Assembly (NCBI GenBank): GCA_050010435.1
Contig: JBEKKZ010000006.1
Coordinates: forward strand, 128,666 to 192,665
DNA: 64,000 nt
Source of the DNA: Verrucomicrobiota bacterium
Lineage (GTDB): Bacteria > Verrucomicrobiota > Verrucomicrobiia > Limisphaerales > UBA11358
Reading direction: 5' to 3'
Shown here: positions 59,961 through 64,000 of the stretch, in pieces
Layout of the letters: every line of letters begins with the position of its first letter
Position numbering within the stretch: the stretch's first letter is position 1
Notes under the pieces: model-generated
Told to the model about the DNA's origin: nothing
Seen by the model: only the letters and a program-made list of their open reading frames with translations
Database searches by the model: none
Position numbers and translations under genes: made by a program

Positions 59961-60012
59961 CCTGTTTTGTATGTCAGGATCACGCTAATTCGGCAAGCTG
60001 AACCCTGTTTGA

Positions 60013-60144
60013 TTTTTTCAGTGGCCTAAATTGGGAACGAGGCCGGACCAAACCTACAAAGCAATTTTGGCCAACGGAACCTTCAGCTTCACCGACACGA
60101 CCGCAACCAATAAAAACGGCTTTTATCGGACGGTGAAACAATAA
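60013..60144 (+). pseudogene. start-less C-terminal fragment of a secreted-protein tail domain
   Basis: The open frame after the in-frame TGA (60010-60012) reads ...QTYKAILANGTFSFTDTTATNKNGFYRTVKQ*. That is the same ...FYR(V/L) tail type as the proteins ending at 56790 and 60196. It has no start codon. Confidence 0.4.
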
Positions 60145-60195
60145 GCCTTTGACCCGACACCTGCAACCAAACGTGTTCCGACAGACGCATACGAT

Positions 60196-62571
60196 TTATT
60201 GCAGCCGGAAGAAGGCGGCGGGCGGGTTGTTGGTGAACGTGAAGGCAACCGCCGGCACGCCGTTGGTGGCCGGCACCCAAGGCCCGGTAGTCAGATTGGT
60301 CGTCATCTGCAACATGAAATTCGTCCCCGCCGAGGCCGGCCACAGGATAATCACCTGCCCGCCTCCAAGGCCAACTGTCAGTGGCGGATAAGTATTGGTG
60401 CTGATGATGGTGAGCGAAAGCGACTGTTCGTTTGTGGCGGGCAGAAGGTCCGTTGCCTGCACAGTGAAATTGAACAAGCCGCTGGTCGTCAGCGTGCCGG
60501 AAAGCACGCCGTTGGTGGCCAGTGTCAGATTGGCCGGCAGGCTGGTGGAACCGGATGCGAGCGACCAACTGTAAGGCGATGCGCCGCCAAAGGGCACGCC
60601 GGCGGTGGCCTGCAACTGCTGGCTGTAAGCGGAACCGTTTGTGCCATTGGGCAAGGAGGTTGTAATGATCTGCACGGCGTTGCTGACGCCGATGGAAAAC
60701 TGGCGGTTGGTGGTCAAACTGCCGCTGTCTGTTACCTGCACAGTAAAAGTGTAGGTGCCGCTCGCGCCGTTGGTACCGTAAATCTCGCCGTTGCTGCCGA
60801 GGGTCAAACCGGACGGCAAGGAACCGCCGATCTGGATCCAGTTGTAGGCACCGATATTGCAACTGGACGCCTGCAGGGACTGGTCATAATCCACGCCGAC
60901 TTCGCCGGGGGGCAAGGACGTGGTGGTGATGGAAATGCCGCCGCAGGGGTAGACGATGAAATTGTTGGTGGCATTATTGTTGTTAATGATTGCCGTCTGG
61001 TTGTTCGGACAGGCGTAATTGCCGCTGCCAAGAATGTCGTCCAAACTGTCGTTGCCGCCAGTGCAATTGACGCTGTTGGTCCAAGCGCCGTTGGCCACGT
61101 TCAACGAGTAATTGCCATTAGTATCGGTGTCCGTATAGGTCTGATAATATGTACCGTTGATGTTGGCATAGGCGTACACGCCGACGCCGACGATGTTCGT
61201 GCCGTTAGCCTTTACGTTGCCGGTGATATAATTCGTCGCGAGGATGGCGGTGAAATTCGCCAGCACGGCCTGGCCGGCATTGATATTGGTGCCTCCATTT
61301 TGATCAAGTGCCGATTGTGAAAAAACATAATTGGTGAGCTGATTGTTGTCGTTGGCCTGCACATACCAGGAATCACTGGCGCCCACGCCCAGCACGCCCA
61401 GGACATAATTTCCGTTCGCATCCGTATAACCGTCCGTTTCATACAGGCCGCTACCGGCGTGGTCGTCGGCATAAACGTCCAATCCCACGAAGGGATTCCC
61501 CAGGTTGTCTTTGACGCTGCCATAAATCAACGCCGTGGCCTTGGGGACGGTTAGTATCACCCCTGTCGTGCCAGCGGTGACATTGGTTTTGTTTTGCAAC
61601 CCCAGGTAGCCATGAACAATCAACACCGTGTCGTTCGCCTTGATTTTCCACGTGCCGGCGGTGACCCGCACGTTGAAATTGCCATTGGTGTCGGTGAAAG
61701 CGATTGCAAGCAGGTTGTTGGTGGACGTCGCCGAAAAGAACACTCCGGGCAATCCGATGGCCTGGTTGTTGGTGTCCAACAGTTTCCCCGAAATGCTCTG
61801 CGTGGCGTTGGTGAGCGTCAGATTGGTGGTGATGGTCTGGCTGGCGGCCAACGTGAGCACCGGCCACGTGTAATTGGCAACATAATTACTTCTAAAAGCC
61901 ACCGGCACATACGTTCCCGCCGGCACCTGAACAGTGTAGCTGCCCGCATTGTTCGCCACCACGCCGGCCAGTGGACTGCCTCCCGGCCCGCTGTGTCCCG
62001 GACTCGGGGGAGGAAACAACAGGACAAGGGCATTGGACAACGTGGTGCTGGTGCTGTTGCTGACTACGTTGCCGGTGAACTTTTGTGCGTAGGGAAAATT
62101 GGTGACGCTGAAACTGTTGGTGATCGGCGTAAAATGCCCAACGGGGCTGGACAGCTTAAACAAATATTTCCCGATGATGTTCTGCACGAAATCCCCGTTT
62201 TGAAAATTCAACGTCGCAGTGATGGCACCCGTCGTGGCATTCAAATCGCCGGGCACATTGAAATTGGTCACCCCGCCAATCACAAAGTTTGTCCCATCCT
62301 GCAAAGTGAACTGCTGCACCAGCCAGTCGTTGCCATCAATGACGCCGTTGGTGTTGAGGTCGAGGAATTTCTGGATGACCACCATCTCCGTGTTCGTCAA
62401 CCCGCCGATTTGCAGGGTGATGGTTCCGGCGTAGGTGTTGCTGACGGCAGTGGGCGTGACGGTAAACGTGACGGCGGCGAAAGCACCCTGGCCAAAGGCA
62501 GCCAGCCATGCGAATGCCACGAAGAGGCGGATGAGGAAAGTTTTCATGGATTTGATTGTGTCAGGTTTCAA
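60196..62571 (-). CDS. large secreted adhesin-like protein (carboxypeptidase-regulatory-like and putative Ig repeats)
   Basis: Signal peptide MKTFLIRLFVAFAWLAAFGQGAFA. Repeats include ITTTSLPPGEVGVDYDQSLQAS...LPSGLTLGSNGEIYGT and ITTSLPNGTNGSAYSQQLQAT...LPANLTLATNGVLSGT. The tail is ...PPAAFFRLQ. Confidence 0.7.
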   Translation of the reverse strand: MKPDTIKSMKTFLIRLFVAFAWLAAFGQGAFAAVTFTVTPTAVSNTYAGTITLQIGGLTNTEMVVIQKFLDLNTNGVIDGNDWLVQQFTLQDGTNFVIGGVTNFNVPGDLNATTGAITATLNFQNGDFVQNIIGKYLFKLSSPVGHFTPITNSFSVTNFPYAQKFTGNVVSNSTSTTLSNALVLLFPPPSPGHSGPGGSPLAGVVANNAGSYTVQVPAGTYVPVAFRSNYVANYTWPVLTLAASQTITTNLTLTNATQSISGKLLDTNNQAIGLPGVFFSATSTNNLLAIAFTDTNGNFNVRVTAGTWKIKANDTVLIVHGYLGLQNKTNVTAGTTGVILTVPKATALIYGSVKDNLGNPFVGLDVYADDHAGSGLYETDGYTDANGNYVLGVLGVGASDSWYVQANDNNQLTNYVFSQSALDQNGGTNINAGQAVLANFTAILATNYITGNVKANGTNIVGVGVYAYANINGTYYQTYTDTDTNGNYSLNVANGAWTNSVNCTGGNDSLDDILGSGNYACPNNQTAIINNNNATNNFIVYPCGGISITTTSLPPGEVGVDYDQSLQASSCNIGAYNWIQIGGSLPSGLTLGSNGEIYGTNGASGTYTFTVQVTDSGSLTTNRQFSIGVSNAVQIITTSLPNGTNGSAYSQQLQATAGVPFGGASPYSWSLASGSTSLPANLTLATNGVLSGTLTTSGLFNFTVQATDLLPATNEQSLSLTIISTNTYPPLTVGLGGGQVIILWPASAGTNFMLQMTTNLTTGPWVPATNGVPAVAFTFTNNPPAAFFRLQ

Positions 62572-62984
62572 TGATGCTATTGCTTCAACCAGAAAAACAG
62601 ATTCTCCACTGGCGGCATGATTGTGCTGCTATTCGTGCCGTGCCGACTTGTTGGCTTTAAACCTTTTACAGTTTTTTCGATTTGCTCACGATTTCAAAAT
62701 CCCGTCAATCCACCCTTTTTGTCCACCGGTAAGCCAATTAGGGTGATTTTAAACCAGACTCATTTCTAGCGGATTTTGAGGGGGTTTCACTCGCTGGGCG
62801 GTGGGGCAGCCCTTGCCCTTATCTGCGGCGACAAGCTGGGAACGGGGATCGGTGTATGCCGATTCCCGTTGAACGACGTGTGCAAAGCGGTTCATTTTCA
62901 CACCAAGTACAAGCTCAGACGGATACGAAAAACCGGGGACCCTTTCCCAACCTACCTCTCTTCAGGTTGCTCACCTTGCCAGGG

Positions 62985-63194
62985 GCAACTTTTCAAGCCA
63001 TATATCGTAGTCGTGCAGCAAGCCGTCTTCGGCATCATTTATGAACACCGACGCGTGATGTGCATGGCGTTGACGAGGCAAAGCCCTTCCTGCACGCCGC
63101 TCTTGCGGACGAGCTGTTCGACCGTGCCGGTGATGTTGACGTAATCGCGCCGATGCGGCGTTTCAAACCAGAGATGTTCGGTCAAACTTTTCAT
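62985..63194 (-). pseudogene. 5' fragment of a second yjbQ copy, frameshifted and truncated
   Basis: The minus strand from ATG (63192-63194) reads [48 protein letters not shown] 1-nt deletion near 63050 follows. Out of frame it still encodes ...[22 protein letters not shown], and similarity ends near 62985. Confidence 0.8.
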
Positions 63195-63209
63195 CCGCCG
63201 TCCTCATCG

Positions 63210-64000
63210 TCAAACCGCCGCCGCCACCAAATCGCCGACTTCACGCGTGCCGTGGCCCATCTTGCCGGCGGCGAGCGACTTGATTTTGGTGTTGATGATC
63301 TTCACGACGGCCGCTTCGATGGCCGCGCCCGCTTTTGTTTCGCCCAGGAAGTCGAGCATCATCCCGGCGGCGTTGATGGCGGCGAGCGGATTGATGACGT
63401 TCTGGCCGGTGTATTTCGGCGCGCTGCCGCCCATCGGCTCGAACATGCTCGTGCCTTCAGGGTTGATGTTGCCGCCGGCGGCGATGCCCAGCCCGCCCTG
63501 AATCATCGCGGCGAGGTCGGTGATGATGTCGCCGAACAAGTTGTCGGTGACGATCACGTCGAACCATTCCGGGTTCTTCACGAACCACATGACCGTGGCG
63601 TCCACGTGGGCGTAATCGCGTTTCACCGCCGGATACTTCGCGCCGAGTTCGTGGAACGCGCGTTCCCACAAATCGAACGCGAACGTGAGCACGTTCGTCT
63701 TGCCGCAAAGCGTGAGTTGCGCCGTCTTGCCCGCTTTGACGTCCTCCGGCTTGAGGCCCTTCCACGGCTTGCCGCAGCGCCGCTTTTTCGCCAGGTCAAA
63801 AGCGAATTTCAGGCAGCGTTCCACGCCACGGCGCGTGTTCACCGACTCCTGGATCGCAACTTCATGCGGTGTGCCTTTGAACACAAAACCGCCCGCCCCG
63901 GTGTAAAGGCCCTCGTTGTTTTCGCGCACCACAACGAAGTCAATGTGCTCCGGCCCTTTGTCCTTCAACGGGCAGTCGGCGGCGCGGTAAAGTTTCACGG
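63210..64000 (-). CDS. isopropylmalate/isocitrate dehydrogenase-family enzyme (probably 3-isopropylmalate dehydrogenase); N-terminus outside the window
   Basis: ...[57 protein letters not shown]... is the family signature region. The frame stays open to the window edge. Confidence 0.75.
   Translation of the reverse strand, partial: VKLYRAADCPLKDKGPEHIDFVVVRENNEGLYTGAGGFVFKGTPHEVAIQESVNTRRGVERCLKFAFDLAKKRRCGKPWKGLKPEDVKAGKTAQLTLCGKTNVLTFAFDLWERAFHELGAKYPAVKRDYAHVDATVMWFVKNPEWFDVIVTDNLFGDIITDLAAMIQGGLGIAAGGNINPEGTSMFEPMGGSAPKYTGQNVINPLAAINAAGMMLDFLGETKAGAAIEAAVVKIINTKIKSLAAGKMGHGTREVGDLVAAAV

Noticed and set aside
60199-62574. 373-aa and 326-aa plus-strand ORFs
   Set aside because: They are antisense to the 791-aa secreted protein, which has a signal peptide and repeated Ig-like modules.

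Overview
High-GC bacterial chromosomal window; hand-counted 60-nt lines in ordinary genes give about 57-68% G+C. It is most likely from a PVC-superphylum organism (Verrucomicrobiota-like). This is an inference from a DUF1559/H-X9-DG prepilin protein, a PEP-CTERM protein, a pseudopilin operon and many hairpin repeats. About 55 protein genes are supported. Housekeeping: rfbF, infA, thiS/thiH, alr, leuC, cinA, argH, lysA, amtB-glnK, thiL, tsaE/tsaB, yjbQ. There is a glycan/lipid-linked sugar cluster at 1-7.4 kb, two-component proteins and several large secreted proteins. I found no rRNA, tRNA, CRISPR array, transposase or integrase. Main observations: (1) At three loci, a partial diverged second copy of a host gene end brackets inserted DNA. 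These are the MBL/beta-CASP gene 3' end around a ParDE pair, the argH 3' end around a PIN toxin-antitoxin pair, and the yjbQ 5' end around a 791-aa adhesin-like gene. In two of them the relic abuts a strongly AT-rich orphan gene. One is a 476-aa protein with a PD-(D/E)xK-like motif. The other is a HEPN-like gene split at a canonical G_GGA_AAT -1 slippery heptamer. These small islands are the best candidates for an undescribed defence-type system. (2) Three tandem paralogues encode a zinc-ribbon/TM protein, each with a conserved about 100-nt leader, and one shows a C-terminal domain swap. (3) Several families of short palindromic/heptamer repeats sit in intergenic DNA. They also sit in frame inside conserved genes (cinA, tsaE, and three times in a DUF255 thioredoxin-domain gene). 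All function calls come from reading the translations. No database search was run.
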